Source: an uncultured bacterium (GTDB lineage Bacteria; Actinomycetota; Acidimicrobiia; Spongiisociales; UBA5794). From it: a stretch of 64,000 nt of DNA. Made by a program: the position numbers and the translations under genes. The stretch spans positions 4,265 to 68,264 of the forward strand of contig CBDUNF010000001.1 in assembly GCA_965368515.1 (NCBI GenBank), in the 5' to 3' direction. Under the pieces are notes generated by a model. The model was not told where the DNA came from, ran no database searches, and saw only the letters and a list, made by a program, of their open reading frames with translations. Numbering within the stretch: the first letter of the stretch is position 1; each line of letters starts with the position of its first letter. Shown here piece after piece: positions 18,580 to 29,148 of this stretch.

Positions 18580-18960
18580 CTAGTCGGCGATGCCGAGCGC
18601 CGTGGCGACCTTGTCGAGGTCGCTGGCGCCGATAACGACCCGGTTGTCGAGAGCGACGTAGAAGATGAACAGCTTGGCGCCGGCGTCGGCGATCTTACGG
18701 GCCACTCGCCCAAACTCGCCGGGTCGGGGCACGACGTCGACCAGAAGTACCTTGCGGCGATCCATCGGGATGAAGCTCGCCGCCCGGAGCACCTCGTATG
18801 CATTGTCGGCGAGTTCGTCTTTGACAACGACGTGGACGATTCGCCCTTCGAGGCGCGGGAAGGTGCACGAGGCTTCCATCTGGATGCCGGCTTGGCCGAG
18901 CGTCTCCCACAGCTCGGCAACCGCCCGGTCCTCTCCAACCACAAATGTGAGATCTTCCAT
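18580..18960 (-). CDS. ACT-domain-like small protein (paralog of 25655-26038), cotranscribed downstream of iolB
   Basis: ~127 aa; beta-alpha-beta-beta-alpha-beta ACT-like pattern (VLLVDVVPRPGEFGRVARKIADAGAKLFIFYV...VVIGASDLDKV); clear paralogy to the second copy. Confidence 0.45.
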   Translation of the reverse strand: MEDLTFVVGEDRAVAELWETLGQAGIQMEASCTFPRLEGRIVHVVVKDELADNAYEVLRAASFIPMDRRKVLLVDVVPRPGEFGRVARKIADAGAKLFIFYVALDNRVVIGASDLDKVATALGIAD

Positions 18961-18971
18961 GCTTGCTCTCC

Positions 18972-19826
18972 TCAGTCGGCCGACGTCAACGGCAATCGGG
19001 GATCCGGACCGAGCGCTTGCAAAGATGCCATCGCCGGTTCCTGCCGGGGATCGTTGCAGATGCTCCACTTGCGCTCGGGCGATGGACCCGCCATCACGTT
19101 CAAGTAGTACATGTGGTGTCCGGGGAACGCCGCCGCCGGACCATGGAACCCTTTCGGGACTAGAAATGTATCGCCGTCGCGAACGGTTACGGTCTCACCG
19201 ATTTCGCCATCCATTGTGTAGCAGGTGAAGAACCCCGAGCCGTTGCTGCCGTCGATCCTGAAGTAGTAGATCTCTTCGAGTTCGACCTCGGTGTCGGACA
19301 TCTCGTCATGCTTGTGGGCCGGATACGACGACCACCCACCTTCCGGAGTGAGTACCTCGACGGCGATGAGCTTGTCCGCTTCCCATGATGCGGCGTTGAG
19401 GAAGTTGTTGATCTGCCGTGATGCGGTGCTCGCTCCACGCACCTCAACTGCCACGGCCTTCGCCGGCACAACATACGGGTCGATGCGGCGCGTCGCCTCG
19501 GCGCGACACAGAGCAATCTCGCCACCAGTTGTCGACGTGATCCGCATCTCCGTGTCGATTGGCACATACGCAAAGCCGCTGATGCCCGCAAAGACGTTGT
19601 CGCGCCCGTCGACGTCAAACCGTTTGCCCTCGACCTCGACCGTGCAGCTACCTGCAAGCGGGAGAACCGCAACCTCGGCAGACCCGGTGGCCACCGTTGT
19701 GCTGGCCCCTGCGGTCAGGTCGAGTACTGAGAGACCGCAGTAACTCCATCCGGCCAAGCCGGGATCGATGTCGACAAGCATGCCCCCGTCAGCCGTCGAA
19801 CCGGCCGGATGAAAGAGTTGTGCCAT
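18972..19826 (-). CDS. iolB: 5-deoxy-glucuronate isomerase
   Basis: IolB/KduI-like cupin signatures KHDEMSDTEVELEEIYYF and HHMYYLNVMAG; AAGGAG RBS 7 nt upstream of ATG at 19826. Confidence 0.85.
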   Translation of the reverse strand: MAQLFHPAGSTADGGMLVDIDPGLAGWSYCGLSVLDLTAGASTTVATGSAEVAVLPLAGSCTVEVEGKRFDVDGRDNVFAGISGFAYVPIDTEMRITSTTGGEIALCRAEATRRIDPYVVPAKAVAVEVRGASTASRQINNFLNAASWEADKLIAVEVLTPEGGWSSYPAHKHDEMSDTEVELEEIYYFRIDGSNGSGFFTCYTMDGEIGETVTVRDGDTFLVPKGFHGPAAAFPGHHMYYLNVMAGPSPERKWSICNDPRQEPAMASLQALGPDPRLPLTSAD

Positions 19827-19836
19827 CACCGTCTCC

Positions 19837-19850
19837 TTGGAACGTTCCAA
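19837..19850. promoter_or_regulatory. 14-bp palindromic operator TTGGAACGTTCCAA (copy 1), overlapping the iolB RBS
   Basis: Perfect palindrome with central AACGTT; identical sequence at four other promoter-proximal sites. Confidence 0.6.
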
Positions 19851-19937
19851 CATGTTGAACCTAATCGGCGGCGCTGGGTGCTGTCAACGCGGTCGAGGCG
19901 CTTGACATACTCGTACCCGGGTGTTTAGCGTGGCTTA

Positions 19938-19951
19938 TTGGAACGTTCCAG
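19938..19951. promoter_or_regulatory. operator copy 2 (TTGGAACGTTCCAG), ~50 nt upstream of iolG and just downstream of a TTGACA...TAGCGT promoter-like pair (19902-19931)
   Basis: 13/14 match to the palindrome; position relative to a candidate -35/-10. Confidence 0.5.
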
Positions 19952-20001
19952 ACAAATCTCGGCGGTCTGATTGATCTGCGGGGAGATGGAAGAGGTGACG
20001 G

Positions 20002-20991
20002 ATGCGGATCGGTCTTATCGGTGCAGGCCGGATCGGGCTCTTTCACGGGCAGACCCTGGCGGTTCATGAAGAGGTCAGCGGGATTCTGGTGAGCGATCCG
20101 CTGATCGAGCGGGCCAAGACATTGGCCGCCGACATCGGTGCCGAGGTAGCTCCCGATGCCGATGCGATGATCGGCGAGATCGACGCCATGGTGGTCGCCG
20201 CCGCGACGGACGTGCACGCTCCGATGATGCACCTAGCCGCCGACGCCGGGATCCCCGTCTTCTGTGAGAAGCCGATCGCCGTCGATCTCCCCACAACCGA
20301 TCTGGTTGTCGACCACATCCGGCAGGCGGGCATCCCCGCACAGATCGGATTCCAACGCCGGTTCGATGCGGGTTATCGCGCCGCCAAAGCCAGGGTCGAC
20401 GACGGCACACTCGGACACCTCTACTCGGTTCGCACCACAACTCACGATCACGAACCTCCCCCGCCCGGGTATGTCGACACAGGAATCTACGTCGATACCC
20501 AGATCCACGACTTTGACATCATCAGGTTCGTCACCGGCCAAGAGGCAGTCGAGGTCTATGCCGCCGGGTACACGACCACCGCGGACGCCTTTGGCCCCGA
20601 CCGCCCGATCGACACCGGCGTTGTCGTTCTCTCGTTGAGTGATGGAACCCAGGCTTTGATGTCGGGGATCCGCCACAATCCGGTCGGACACGATGTCCGC
20701 ATGGAGTTGTTTGGCGTCGAAGACAGCGTCAGCGTCGGGCTGCACCCGAGCCTCCCACTGCGTTCCGTCGAGCCGGGCGGTCTCGCCATCGTCGAACCGA
20801 CGCCGAAGTCCTTCCTGGATAGGTTCGCCCCGGCTTACAGAGCCGAGATCGAAGTGTTCCTAAACGTGGCTCAGGGACGGATCGAGAGCCCATGCACCCC
20901 CGAAGATGCCCGTGCGGCGCTGCGCATTGCGATTGCCTGCAATGTCTCACGCGCCGAGCACAGACCCGTTCGATTGGAGGAAGTGGCATGA
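20002..20991 (+). CDS. iolG: myo-inositol 2-dehydrogenase-like Gfo/Idh/MocA oxidoreductase
   Basis: MRIGLIGAGRIG Rossmann motif, EKP motif; divergent from iolB and followed by an iolE-like gene and an inositol-type ABC transporter. Confidence 0.75.
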   Translation: MRIGLIGAGRIGLFHGQTLAVHEEVSGILVSDPLIERAKTLAADIGAEVAPDADAMIGEIDAMVVAAATDVHAPMMHLAADAGIPVFCEKPIAVDLPTTDLVVDHIRQAGIPAQIGFQRRFDAGYRAAKARVDDGTLGHLYSVRTTTHDHEPPPPGYVDTGIYVDTQIHDFDIIRFVTGQEAVEVYAAGYTTTADAFGPDRPIDTGVVVLSLSDGTQALMSGIRHNPVGHDVRMELFGVEDSVSVGLHPSLPLRSVEPGGLAIVEPTPKSFLDRFAPAYRAEIEVFLNVAQGRIESPCTPEDARAALRIAIACNVSRAEHRPVRLEEVA

Positions 20992-21869
20992 CAGACATGA
21001 TGTCGCGGATAGCCGGGGCACCGATTACGTGGGGTGTGGACGGCTCCCCTGGTTGGGGCCACCTGATGGATCCCGATCGCGTCCTGGGTGAGATGGCCGC
21101 GCTGGGGTTGAAGGCGACGGAGTTGGGGCCCGATGGTTACCTGCCGATCGATCCGGCCGAACTCAAAGCGAAGCTCGATGGCTACGGCCTCGAGTTGGTT
21201 GGCGGGTTCGTGCCTGCGGTGCTTCACATTCCAGAGCGAGCTGAGGGTGACCTCGCCTATGCGGCCCGGGCGTCGAAGACGCTGGCCGGATGTGGTGCGA
21301 GCGTTCTGGTGCTTGGCCCCGGTTCCGGACTCGACGGTTACGACACATCGATTGACATGTCGGACACCGATTGGGGCATTTTCCTGGGTAACCTGAAACA
21401 TGTGATCGCTGCTGCGGCCGACGAGGGTTTGACAGTTGCCTTGCACCAACATTGGGGCATGGCCATTGAGACCCCGCAACACGTGGAGCGTTTGATTGCG
21501 CAGAGCGACGTCGAATTTTGTCTCGATACCGGGCACCTATACCTAGGAGGTGCCGATCCCGTTGCGATCGCCAAAGCCGCCGTCGGTCGGGTGGCCCATG
21601 TGCACCTCAAGGACGTTGACGAAGCGATGGCCAACCAGGTTCGACGCGGCGAACTGCCATTCCGCCAGTCAGTTATTGACGGCATTTTCAAGCCGCTTGG
21701 TGATGGCGCAGTCGACATCGCAGGCTTTGTCGGAACACTCGAAGAGGCCGGCTTTGACGGTTGGTATGTCCTCGAGCAGGACAAGGTTCTCGATGCAGAT
21801 CCGCTTCCAGGCGAGGGCCCGATACAAGACGCCCGAAAGAGCTTCTCGTATCTGGCGGGGTTGAGCTAG
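20988..21869 (+). CDS. sugar phosphate isomerase/epimerase (xylose isomerase-like TIM barrel); candidate inosose dehydratase IolE
   Basis: TIM-barrel AP-endonuclease-2 family pattern (HLKD, VLEQD); ATGA overlap with iolG. Confidence 0.65.
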   Translation: MTDMMSRIAGAPITWGVDGSPGWGHLMDPDRVLGEMAALGLKATELGPDGYLPIDPAELKAKLDGYGLELVGGFVPAVLHIPERAEGDLAYAARASKTLAGCGASVLVLGPGSGLDGYDTSIDMSDTDWGIFLGNLKHVIAAAADEGLTVALHQHWGMAIETPQHVERLIAQSDVEFCLDTGHLYLGGADPVAIAKAAVGRVAHVHLKDVDEAMANQVRRGELPFRQSVIDGIFKPLGDGAVDIAGFVGTLEEAGFDGWYVLEQDKVLDADPLPGEGPIQDARKSFSYLAGLS

Positions 21870-21982
21870 TAACGGTTTGCCCTCACGAGCGTCGTGAGGG
21901 TGGAAGGGCCCACTCATGTGGGCGCCCGACTGCGTGGATTGATCCATATAGTCGGGGAGGAAATACGGAGGAGGAACAAGGG

Positions 21983-23005
21983 ATGAAAAGAAGTGTATGG
22001 CTGGTGTTGCTGCTGGCCTTCGCCCTGATCGTCGGAGCCTGCGGTGGCGACGATGACTCGACAACCACCGCTGCCGGTGACGACGCCACGGAGACGACCG
22101 CAGACGGCGGCGGCGACGCTGTGACCCAGCGCAGCTTGCGCATCGTTGTTGTCTCGCACGGTCAAGCGTCCGACCCGTTCTGGTCGGTAGCGGCCAACGG
22201 TGTCAGCGATGCTGGTGATGACATGGGAGTCACCGTTGAGTACCAGTCGCCGGGGACGTTCGACATGGTCGAGATGAGCCAGATCATCGATGCGGCCGTT
22301 GCGTCGCAGCCGGACGGTTTGGTTGTATCAATTCCCGATGCGGCGGCTCTTGGTGATTCGATTCGGGCCGCCGTTGCGGCTGGTATCCCGGTCATCTCGA
22401 TGAACTCGGGTAGCGACGCGTTTGCCGATCTTGGCGTGCTGGTCCATGTTGGCCAGACTGAGTACGAGGCCGGGCTCATTGCCGGTCAGCGCTTTGCCGC
22501 CGAGGGAGTTGGCAGCGCCATCTGCATCAACCAGGAAGTTGGTAACACCGCACTCGATGACCGCTGCCAAGGCTTCGAAGACGGTCTCGGCGTGGACGTC
22601 AACGTCATTCCTGTGGATCTCGCCGATCCGACGGGCACCCAGGAAACTGTTGCTGGTGCGTTGCAGGCGAATCCGGTTGAGGGAATCCTGACGCTGGGCC
22701 CGACCGGCGCTGCGCCGACCCTGGCCGCGCTGACCGAGAACGGCATGCTGGGAACTATCAAGTTCGCCACGTTCGACATGTCTCCTGACGTGCTGGCCTC
22801 GATTGTCGACGGCGACATGCTGTTCGCCATCGACCAGGCGCAGTACCTGCAGGGCTACCTGCCGATCGTGCTCCTGACGAAGTACGCCGAAACGGGCGCA
22901 CTGCCCTTGGGCAGCGTTGACCGTGTCATCCTGACCGGTCCGCAGATCGTCACCGCAGACGTGGCAGCAGACGTAATCGCCTACTCGGAGCAAGGCCTCC
23001 GCTAA
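21983..23005 (+). CDS. sugar ABC transporter substrate-binding lipoprotein (ribose/inositol-binding type I PBP)
   Basis: Lipoprotein signal [16 protein letters not shown]; periplasmic-binding-protein type I sequence; GGAGGAGGAACAAGGG RBS. Confidence 0.8.
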   Translation: MKRSVWLVLLLAFALIVGACGGDDDSTTTAAGDDATETTADGGGDAVTQRSLRIVVVSHGQASDPFWSVAANGVSDAGDDMGVTVEYQSPGTFDMVEMSQIIDAAVASQPDGLVVSIPDAAALGDSIRAAVAAGIPVISMNSGSDAFADLGVLVHVGQTEYEAGLIAGQRFAAEGVGSAICINQEVGNTALDDRCQGFEDGLGVDVNVIPVDLADPTGTQETVAGALQANPVEGILTLGPTGAAPTLAALTENGMLGTIKFATFDMSPDVLASIVDGDMLFAIDQAQYLQGYLPIVLLTKYAETGALPLGSVDRVILTGPQIVTADVAADVIAYSEQGLR

Positions 23006-23074
23006 TCGAACGAACTGGCTGGGACCCGCTACGGCGGGTCCCAGCTCTATCCGCAAGAACGGAGGGAGGATTGC

Positions 23075-24151
23075 GTGACCACTGAAACGGCGCCGGCAAC
23101 AGCGCCGGCACCACCGAGCGACGAAAGAGTCAGGCAGGTTGGACTGCTCAGCCGGCTGCTGGCTCGTCCCGAGGTTGGGGCAATCGTTGGGACGGCCCTG
23201 ATTTGGGTGTTCTTTGCGATTGTCGCCTGGGACAACAACTTTGCAAGCTGGGTGACGACGGCCGCCATCTTCAATCGGGCGGCCCCGCTTGGCATTCTCG
23301 CCATCGCGGTCGCGCTGCTGATGATTGGTGGCGAGTTCGATCTGTCGATCGGCTCGATAGTGGGCTTCGCCGGCATGACGATAATGATCCTCGTCTTCCC
23401 CAGCGAAGGCGGAGGCTTTGGCTGGTCGCTGTGGCCGGCCATGCTCGTAGCGCTGGTCTTCGCCCTGACGATTGGGTTGTTCAATGGCTGGCTGGTGATG
23501 GCAACCAAGCTGCCATCGTTCATCATCACCCTGGGCACGCTATTCGTATTCCGCGGTTTGACCATCGCGGTGACACGTCTGTTGACCAACCGCACCCAGC
23601 TCGGTGGCGCTGACGAAGTGTCGGGCTTCGGCTTGGCCGACTCGATCTTCGCTGCGGAAATCGGTCTGTTCGGGGCGTCTTTCCGGATCTCCATCCTTTG
23701 GTGGATCGGCCTGACAGCTCTAGCTACCTGGATCCTCCTGCGCACCAAGCAAGGCAACTGGATCTTCGGTTCCGGCGGCGATGACAACGCCGCTCGCAAC
23801 CAGGGTGTTCCGGTCACCCGGACCAAGGTCGCACTCTTCATGACCACCGCGTTCGCCGGGTTCCTTGTGGCATTGATTCAGGTTGTGCAGTTCACCGGTG
23901 CTGACACCTTGCGAGGCCGGCAGCAGGAGTTCTTTGCGATCATTGCCGTGGTCATCGGGGGCACGCTGCTCACTGGTGGCTACGGGTCTGCGATCGGGGC
24001 GTTCTTTGGTGCGCTGATCTTTGCGATGGTGCAGCAAGGCATCATCATCACCGGTGTCGACGGTGACTGGTTCCAAGTCTTCGTCGGTGGCATTCTGATT
24101 ATCGCCGTGATCTTCAACAACTTCGTACGGCAGAAGGCGGCACAACGATGA
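23075..24151 (+). CDS. ABC transporter permease (RbsC/monosaccharide type)
   Basis: 10-TM branched-chain/ribose-type permease pattern; GTG start. Confidence 0.8.
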   Translation: MTTETAPATAPAPPSDERVRQVGLLSRLLARPEVGAIVGTALIWVFFAIVAWDNNFASWVTTAAIFNRAAPLGILAIAVALLMIGGEFDLSIGSIVGFAGMTIMILVFPSEGGGFGWSLWPAMLVALVFALTIGLFNGWLVMATKLPSFIITLGTLFVFRGLTIAVTRLLTNRTQLGGADEVSGFGLADSIFAAEIGLFGASFRISILWWIGLTALATWILLRTKQGNWIFGSGGDDNAARNQGVPVTRTKVALFMTTAFAGFLVALIQVVQFTGADTLRGRQQEFFAIIAVVIGGTLLTGGYGSAIGAFFGALIFAMVQQGIIITGVDGDWFQVFVGGILIIAVIFNNFVRQKAAQR

Positions 24152-25017
24152 GTGGCAACGGCACCCCACTTCTGGAAATCAAGAACGTCTCCAAGTACTT
24201 CGGTAGCGTCATTGCGTTGCAGGATGTGTCGGCGTTTGTGCGTGCCGGTGAGGTCACCTGTCTCCTTGGCGACAACGGTGCCGGGAAGTCGACCCTGATC
24301 AAGGTTTTGGCCGGTGTCCACAAGCCGACCGAAGGCGAGTACTTCTTCGATGGTCAAGCGATGGATTTCAGCTCGCCGCGCGACGCTTTGGATCACGGCA
24401 TCGCCACCGTCTATCAGGACCTGGCCATGATCCCGCTAATGGCTGTGTGGCGGAACTTCTTCCTAGGGGCCGAGCCCACCAAGGGCTGGGGTCCCTGGCG
24501 GCGATTCGATGTGGATCGGGCCAAGGAGATCACTGTCACCGAGCTGGGCAAGATGGGGATCCAGATTCGGGATCCCGATCAGACGGTCGGAACGCTTTCG
24601 GGTGGTGAGCGCCAGTCGGTGGCTATCGCCCGTGCGGTCTACTTCGGCGCCAAGGTGCTGATTCTCGATGAGCCGACCGCGGCCCTCGGTGTCAAGCAGG
24701 CCGGTGTGGTCCTCAAGTACATCTTGCAGGCACGCAACCGGGGGATCGGTGTGATCTTCATTACCCACAACCCGCACCATGCGTACCCCGTTGCGGATCA
24801 CTTCGTGATCCTGCGTCGTGGAACCGTGTACGGCGACTACACGAAGGAAGAACTCCCGCTCGAGCAACTGGTCCAGATGATGGCCGGCGGCGCCGACCTC
24901 GAGGTGCTCCAGCATGAGCTGGAGGCAGCATCACGTGAAGGCGAAGAGGGGGCCGATACGCTCAAGGAGACTGCGGCGAGGATCGGCTCCGAGCTCGAGG
25001 AGCTTGGGGAAAGCTAA
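24148..25017 (+). CDS. sugar ABC transporter ATP-binding protein
   Basis: Walker [10 protein letters not shown], signature LSGGERQ, Walker [12 protein letters not shown]; ATGA overlap with the permease gene. Confidence 0.85.
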   Translation: MSGNGTPLLEIKNVSKYFGSVIALQDVSAFVRAGEVTCLLGDNGAGKSTLIKVLAGVHKPTEGEYFFDGQAMDFSSPRDALDHGIATVYQDLAMIPLMAVWRNFFLGAEPTKGWGPWRRFDVDRAKEITVTELGKMGIQIRDPDQTVGTLSGGERQSVAIARAVYFGAKVLILDEPTAALGVKQAGVVLKYILQARNRGIGVIFITHNPHHAYPVADHFVILRRGTVYGDYTKEELPLEQLVQMMAGGADLEVLQHELEAASREGEEGADTLKETAARIGSELEELGES

Positions 25018-25051
25018 GAGTGATCGGGTCGTGGCTGAGTCTCGTGCTCCG

Positions 25052-25594
25052 TCACGATCCGAGTCCCCAGTCGCGGACGACTATCACCGCAGCGTCTGTG
25101 AGTTGGATCCCGGCGCGATGGCTACGTCGCTCTTCCACCAACTCAACTATCGCTTCGGCGTACTGCTCCGAGGGTGTGGTCTCCCACGTGTCTGCTTCGA
25201 ACCAATCAACGGAAGGCGAAAAACCCTGCGCTGCGAGAAACGCTGTGCGGAGATCCTCGTGCTCTGGGCAGGTGAATTCGACATGATGGGCAAACTCATG
25301 CAGCAGTTCGCTGCGCAGGGTTGCCGGGGTCCCCGGCACCCGAACCACGATTGTCTCCGTAGCCGGCCGGTATTCGCCACGATTATCGAGCTCCCACGCT
25401 GCCGCCAGGGTCGGAGACGGGATGCAATCACGACGACCCGGCACCGCGGCGAGAAAGTCGCTCCAGGCCTCGAGAGCCAGCTCGCGCAGGTCACCGGGGA
25501 CTGTGTCGTCAAAGTGGAGGTCGGCGGAACCACCGCCGCAACCGGTGAGGCCGACGAATGCGATCAAGGCTGTCGAGAAGAGGCGGCGGAGCAC
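25052..25594 (-). CDS. HExxH-motif lipoprotein (putative zinc metallopeptidase-like); start uncertain (GTG)
   Basis: Lipobox LIAFVGLTGCGGG after a positive N-region; LLHEFAHHVEF zincin-like motif; no canonical RBS. Confidence 0.4.
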   Translation of the reverse strand: MLRRLFSTALIAFVGLTGCGGGSADLHFDDTVPGDLRELALEAWSDFLAAVPGRRDCIPSPTLAAAWELDNRGEYRPATETIVVRVPGTPATLRSELLHEFAHHVEFTCPEHEDLRTAFLAAQGFSPSVDWFEADTWETTPSEQYAEAIVELVEERRSHRAGIQLTDAAVIVVRDWGLGS

Positions 25595-25654
25595 ATAATG
25601 ACAATAACCCGAGGCTCGGCGCACGCAGCCCGAGCGACCAAGTGAGGTGTTGCG

Positions 25655-26038
25655 ATGAATGACATCACGATCATGATTCCAGAGCGCGGTGGGGCAGTTC
25701 CCGAGGTGTGGGAGGCTCTCGGTGCTGCTGCCGTTTCTGTCGAGGCGGCGCTCTCGTTTTCCCGAGAACATCACCGCGTCGTCCATGTCGTTGTTGCTGA
25801 CGAAGCGGTGGCGCCCGCACGTGGCGCTCTCGAATCTGCCGGTTTCCTCATCGTGGATCAGCGTGAAGTCCTGCTGGTCGACCTGGCGGATCACCCCGGA
25901 GGCCTCGCTGAGGTAACCCGGGTCGCGTATGACTCGGGCGCCGGCGTCTACCTACTGTCGATGGCCACCGAGAACCGGGTGATGCTTGGCGTCGCCGACC
26001 TCGAAGCAGCACACCGCGCCTTTGGCAGGGCCAAATGA
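25655..26038 (+). CDS. ACT-domain-like small protein (paralog of 18580-18960), translationally coupled to the gluconolactonase gene
   Basis: 127 aa; alignable to the other copy along its full length; GAGGTG RBS. Confidence 0.45.
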   Translation: MNDITIMIPERGGAVPEVWEALGAAAVSVEAALSFSREHHRVVHVVVADEAVAPARGALESAGFLIVDQREVLLVDLADHPGGLAEVTRVAYDSGAGVYLLSMATENRVMLGVADLEAAHRAFGRAK

Positions 26039-26907
26039 AGGTCGAATGCGTCCTCCCCGCAAAAGCCGATCTGGGGGAGTGCCCGGTGTGGAGTCCGGCG
26101 GACGAACTCCTCTACTGGGTGGATATCGATGGTCGTGCGGTTCACGCCTTCGACCCATCTCTGGGCACCGATCGGAAGTGGCAGCTGGAGGTGCGTCCCG
26201 CAACCATCGCCAGAACCAACGATCCAAAGCGGTTGCTTGTTGCCGCAGAGAACGAGCTGGCGTGGCTGGCTCTGGATACCGGCGAGCTGACGTCGTGGGT
26301 GAGTCTCGAAGAGTCAAAGGAAGGCATCCGACTCAACGACGGACGTTGTGACCCGGCAGGCCGGCTGTGGATTGGCGGCATGTATGTGCCAACGTCGGCG
26401 ATGAGATTCGAAGCCTTCTTGCACCGGGTTGATCCCGATGGCAGCTTCGTCACGGTCCGTAGCGAGGTCGGTTGTGCCAACGGGTCGGCCTTCTCGCCGG
26501 ACGGATCGGTGATGTATTGGGCCGACACGCTGCACGGAATCGTGTGGGCATACGACTATGACATAGATACCGGGAATCAACACAACGAGCGTGTCTTCTT
26601 GGATTTCGCCCCGCTGCCCGGCAAGCCCGACGGAGCATGTGTGGATGAAACCGGCTGCTACTGGGTCGCGTGTGTCGGTGGTGGGGCGGTCGCCCGGATC
26701 ACGCCGCACGGTGATGTCGATCAGGTAATCGACGTTCCTGTGATTCGACCCACCATGCCTGCCTTCGGGGGTCCCACTCTGGACACGCTCTACATCACAA
26801 CCATTGGTGTCCGCGATCCGGCGCAGGACGGCCCCGGTGACCACGGTGGCATCTTCGCCTTCAACCCCGGGGTACGAGGGCTGCCTGAGCCGGTGTTCGG
26901 CGGGTAA
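26035..26907 (+). CDS. SMP-30/gluconolactonase/LRE family protein (sugar lactonase)
   Basis: Six-bladed propeller lactonase blocks (GECPVWS, NDGRCDPAGRLWIG, PDGACVDETGCYWVA). Confidence 0.8.
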   Translation: MKVECVLPAKADLGECPVWSPADELLYWVDIDGRAVHAFDPSLGTDRKWQLEVRPATIARTNDPKRLLVAAENELAWLALDTGELTSWVSLEESKEGIRLNDGRCDPAGRLWIGGMYVPTSAMRFEAFLHRVDPDGSFVTVRSEVGCANGSAFSPDGSVMYWADTLHGIVWAYDYDIDTGNQHNERVFLDFAPLPGKPDGACVDETGCYWVACVGGGAVARITPHGDVDQVIDVPVIRPTMPAFGGPTLDTLYITTIGVRDPAQDGPGDHGGIFAFNPGVRGLPEPVFGG

Positions 26908-27097
26908 GCCCCGATTCAGACCGGACGAAGCATCCATAGACAACCGAGACGATGGCTTCGAAGAGCTTGCGAGTTTGTTGTGTAGCTCTGGCCAGGCAGA
27001 GCACCGTTGCGGCGGGCGACCCATCGATTGCGAAGCTAGTGCCGATAGCCCGCGGCTCACTGATACGCTCGGGAACACGCAACCTGTAGGAGGGACA

Positions 27098-28027
27098 ATG
27101 GCGTCTTCACACCGAATTGTCAGCCGAGGCACGGTATTGACTCTGGTTCTGGGCCTGCTGCTCGGGGCCGCCATCACCTCTGCGTTGGCAGCGCCGCTCG
27201 ATGCGGGGAAAGCGCCGGGGCAGCGGGTGGTCGAACACCGCATCGACATCCCTGCAGGCGACCATGTGATTCCGGCGATCCTTGCGGTGCCGAGAAGGGG
27301 TGGCCCGAACGCTGAGTTTCCCGCGGTCCTAATGGTGCACGGCTTCGCCTCGCACAAGGACGAAGTCGGCGACATGTACAAACGAGAGGCGCGATATCTG
27401 GCCGGCGCCGGGTACGCCTCGCTGCGGATTGATTTTGCCGGGTCGGGCGAGAGCGCCCAGCCGTGGGTCGCCAACACCTACGACGGGATGGTCGCCGACA
27501 CTCGGATCGCGCTCGATTGGCTCGTTGACCACTCGGCGACCGACGACGATCGAATCGGGATTCTGGGGTTCAGCCTGGGTTCGCGGATCTCGGCAGCGGT
27601 AGCCGGAACGGACGACCGGATCGCCGCGTTTGCCAGCTGGTCTGGTTCGGTTGAGAACGGTCGCACCGGGTTCGATTTCTTCTTTGACACCTACTACGAG
27701 GAGGCCCAGGCCAACGGGTCGGTCGTCGTTGATCTTGGGTTCACGGTCATCGAGTTGAGTGCTGAGTGGTTCGAGAGCATGGATGCGTCTCACGCCCGCG
27801 ACGATGTCGGCGGCTACGTCGGCCCACTTCTCGCCATTGCGGGTACCGACGACTTGACCGTCGATCCGGTCGTATCGAGAGAGCTGATTCTGCATGCGGG
27901 GAGCCTCGACGCGACCCTGAGGATCCTCCCCGGAGCAGACCACATCTACCACGTGCTGACACCCGACCAGACTCTTGCCGAGGAGGTCATGCTGCTGACG
28001 GCACGCTGGTTCGCCGACAAGCTGTAA
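27098..28027 (+). CDS. secreted alpha/beta hydrolase (dienelactone hydrolase-like)
   Basis: Signal peptide; GFSLGS nucleophile elbow; AGGAGGGA RBS. Confidence 0.7.
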   Translation: MASSHRIVSRGTVLTLVLGLLLGAAITSALAAPLDAGKAPGQRVVEHRIDIPAGDHVIPAILAVPRRGGPNAEFPAVLMVHGFASHKDEVGDMYKREARYLAGAGYASLRIDFAGSGESAQPWVANTYDGMVADTRIALDWLVDHSATDDDRIGILGFSLGSRISAAVAGTDDRIAAFASWSGSVENGRTGFDFFFDTYYEEAQANGSVVVDLGFTVIELSAEWFESMDASHARDDVGGYVGPLLAIAGTDDLTVDPVVSRELILHAGSLDATLRILPGADHIYHVLTPDQTLAEEVMLLTARWFADKL

Positions 28028-28100
28028 GCGGGCCATGCCGCACGGTCCGTATCGCCTCTGTGCGTTGCGGGCCGTGCCTCATTCTGTCAGGACCAAACGA

Positions 28101-28114
28101 TTGGAACGTTCCAA
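28101..28114. promoter_or_regulatory. operator copy 3 (TTGGAACGTTCCAA), 20 nt upstream of the 28134 dehydrogenase gene
   Basis: Perfect 14-bp palindrome. Confidence 0.6.
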
Positions 28115-28133
28115 TCACCAGCGTTAGTATCGG

Positions 28134-29117
28134 GTGACATCGTCGGAGGGTGCGTTGGAAGTGTCGATGCCAGCAGTCTGGTTTGAGCGGGAGATCCTGC
28201 CGGATCTATATGCCGACGTGGTCACTCATGTCCAGGTGCTTGGGCCGGCCAGTGCTACCCCGGACGAGCCTTATCGTGGTCTTCCGACGGCTCTCGGCGT
28301 CGTCGCCTCCCAACACAACTACACAGCAGAGGTGATGGATCTCGCCCCCGGGCTGCTCGTTATCTCTCGCACCGGAATCGGTTACGAAAAGGTTGATGTT
28401 GACGCAGCCACCGCAAGGGGAATCGCTGTCTGCAACACCCCGGATGCTCCAACCGTCTCGACCGCCGAGCACGCCATCGCACTGCTGCTCATGGTCGCCA
28501 AGAACGTCAAACGCTCCGAGGCGGCTCTCCGAGGTGGCGGCTCGGACTTCTACGCCCGGCATGTCGGCATCGAATTGGAGGGGCTCACCCTGGGTCTCGT
28601 TGGATTCGGCAGGATCGCCCGGCAGGTCGCTGGTCTTGCCCATGGCTTTGGCATGCAAGTCTTGGCATTCGATCCGTTTCTGGATGATTCCGAGTTCGAA
28701 GGAGCGACTCGCTGCGACACAGCAGAGCAGTTGGCCGCCCAGGCGGATGCGCTCTCGTTGCATGTCCCACTCACCAGCGACAACGCTGGGCTCGTCGGTG
28801 GGGACTTCCTGCGGGTGATGAAGTCGGGGGCAATCCTCATCAATACCGCACGTGGGGGGCTGGTGGACCTTGCCGCGCTGGAAGCCGCACTCGAGTCCGG
28901 CCATCTCTTTGGTGTCGGACTCGACGTGACCGATCCGGAACCGCTACCGCCCGACCATCCCCTACTGCACAGGGACGATGTAGTGGTCACCCCCCACGTC
29001 GCCGCCGGTACTGCCGGGGCCAAGCGCAGGATCTTCAACACAGCCTTTACACAAGTCACGCAGGTTCTCAACGGAACACGACCCCAGCACCTCGTCAATC
29101 CCGAGGTGTGGAGTTGA
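28134..29117 (+). CDS. D-isomer-specific 2-hydroxyacid dehydrogenase; start uncertain (GTG 28134 / GTG 28161 / ATG 28167)
   Basis: NAD-binding GLVGFGRIAR, catalytic NTARGGLVD...GLDVTDPEP...TPHVAAGT. Confidence 0.75.
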   Translation: MTSSEGALEVSMPAVWFEREILPDLYADVVTHVQVLGPASATPDEPYRGLPTALGVVASQHNYTAEVMDLAPGLLVISRTGIGYEKVDVDAATARGIAVCNTPDAPTVSTAEHAIALLLMVAKNVKRSEAALRGGGSDFYARHVGIELEGLTLGLVGFGRIARQVAGLAHGFGMQVLAFDPFLDDSEFEGATRCDTAEQLAAQADALSLHVPLTSDNAGLVGGDFLRVMKSGAILINTARGGLVDLAALEAALESGHLFGVGLDVTDPEPLPPDHPLLHRDDVVVTPHVAAGTAGAKRRIFNTAFTQVTQVLNGTRPQHLVNPEVWS

Positions 29118-29148
29118 TGCTCCCAGCAGCGCATTGATAGGAGAAACA

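Noticed and set aside
21761-21982. 5' extension of the substrate-binding-protein ORF starting at 21761
   Set aside because: It overlaps the end of the preceding TIM-barrel gene. The signal peptide begins at the ATG at 21983, which has a strong GGAGGAGG RBS.
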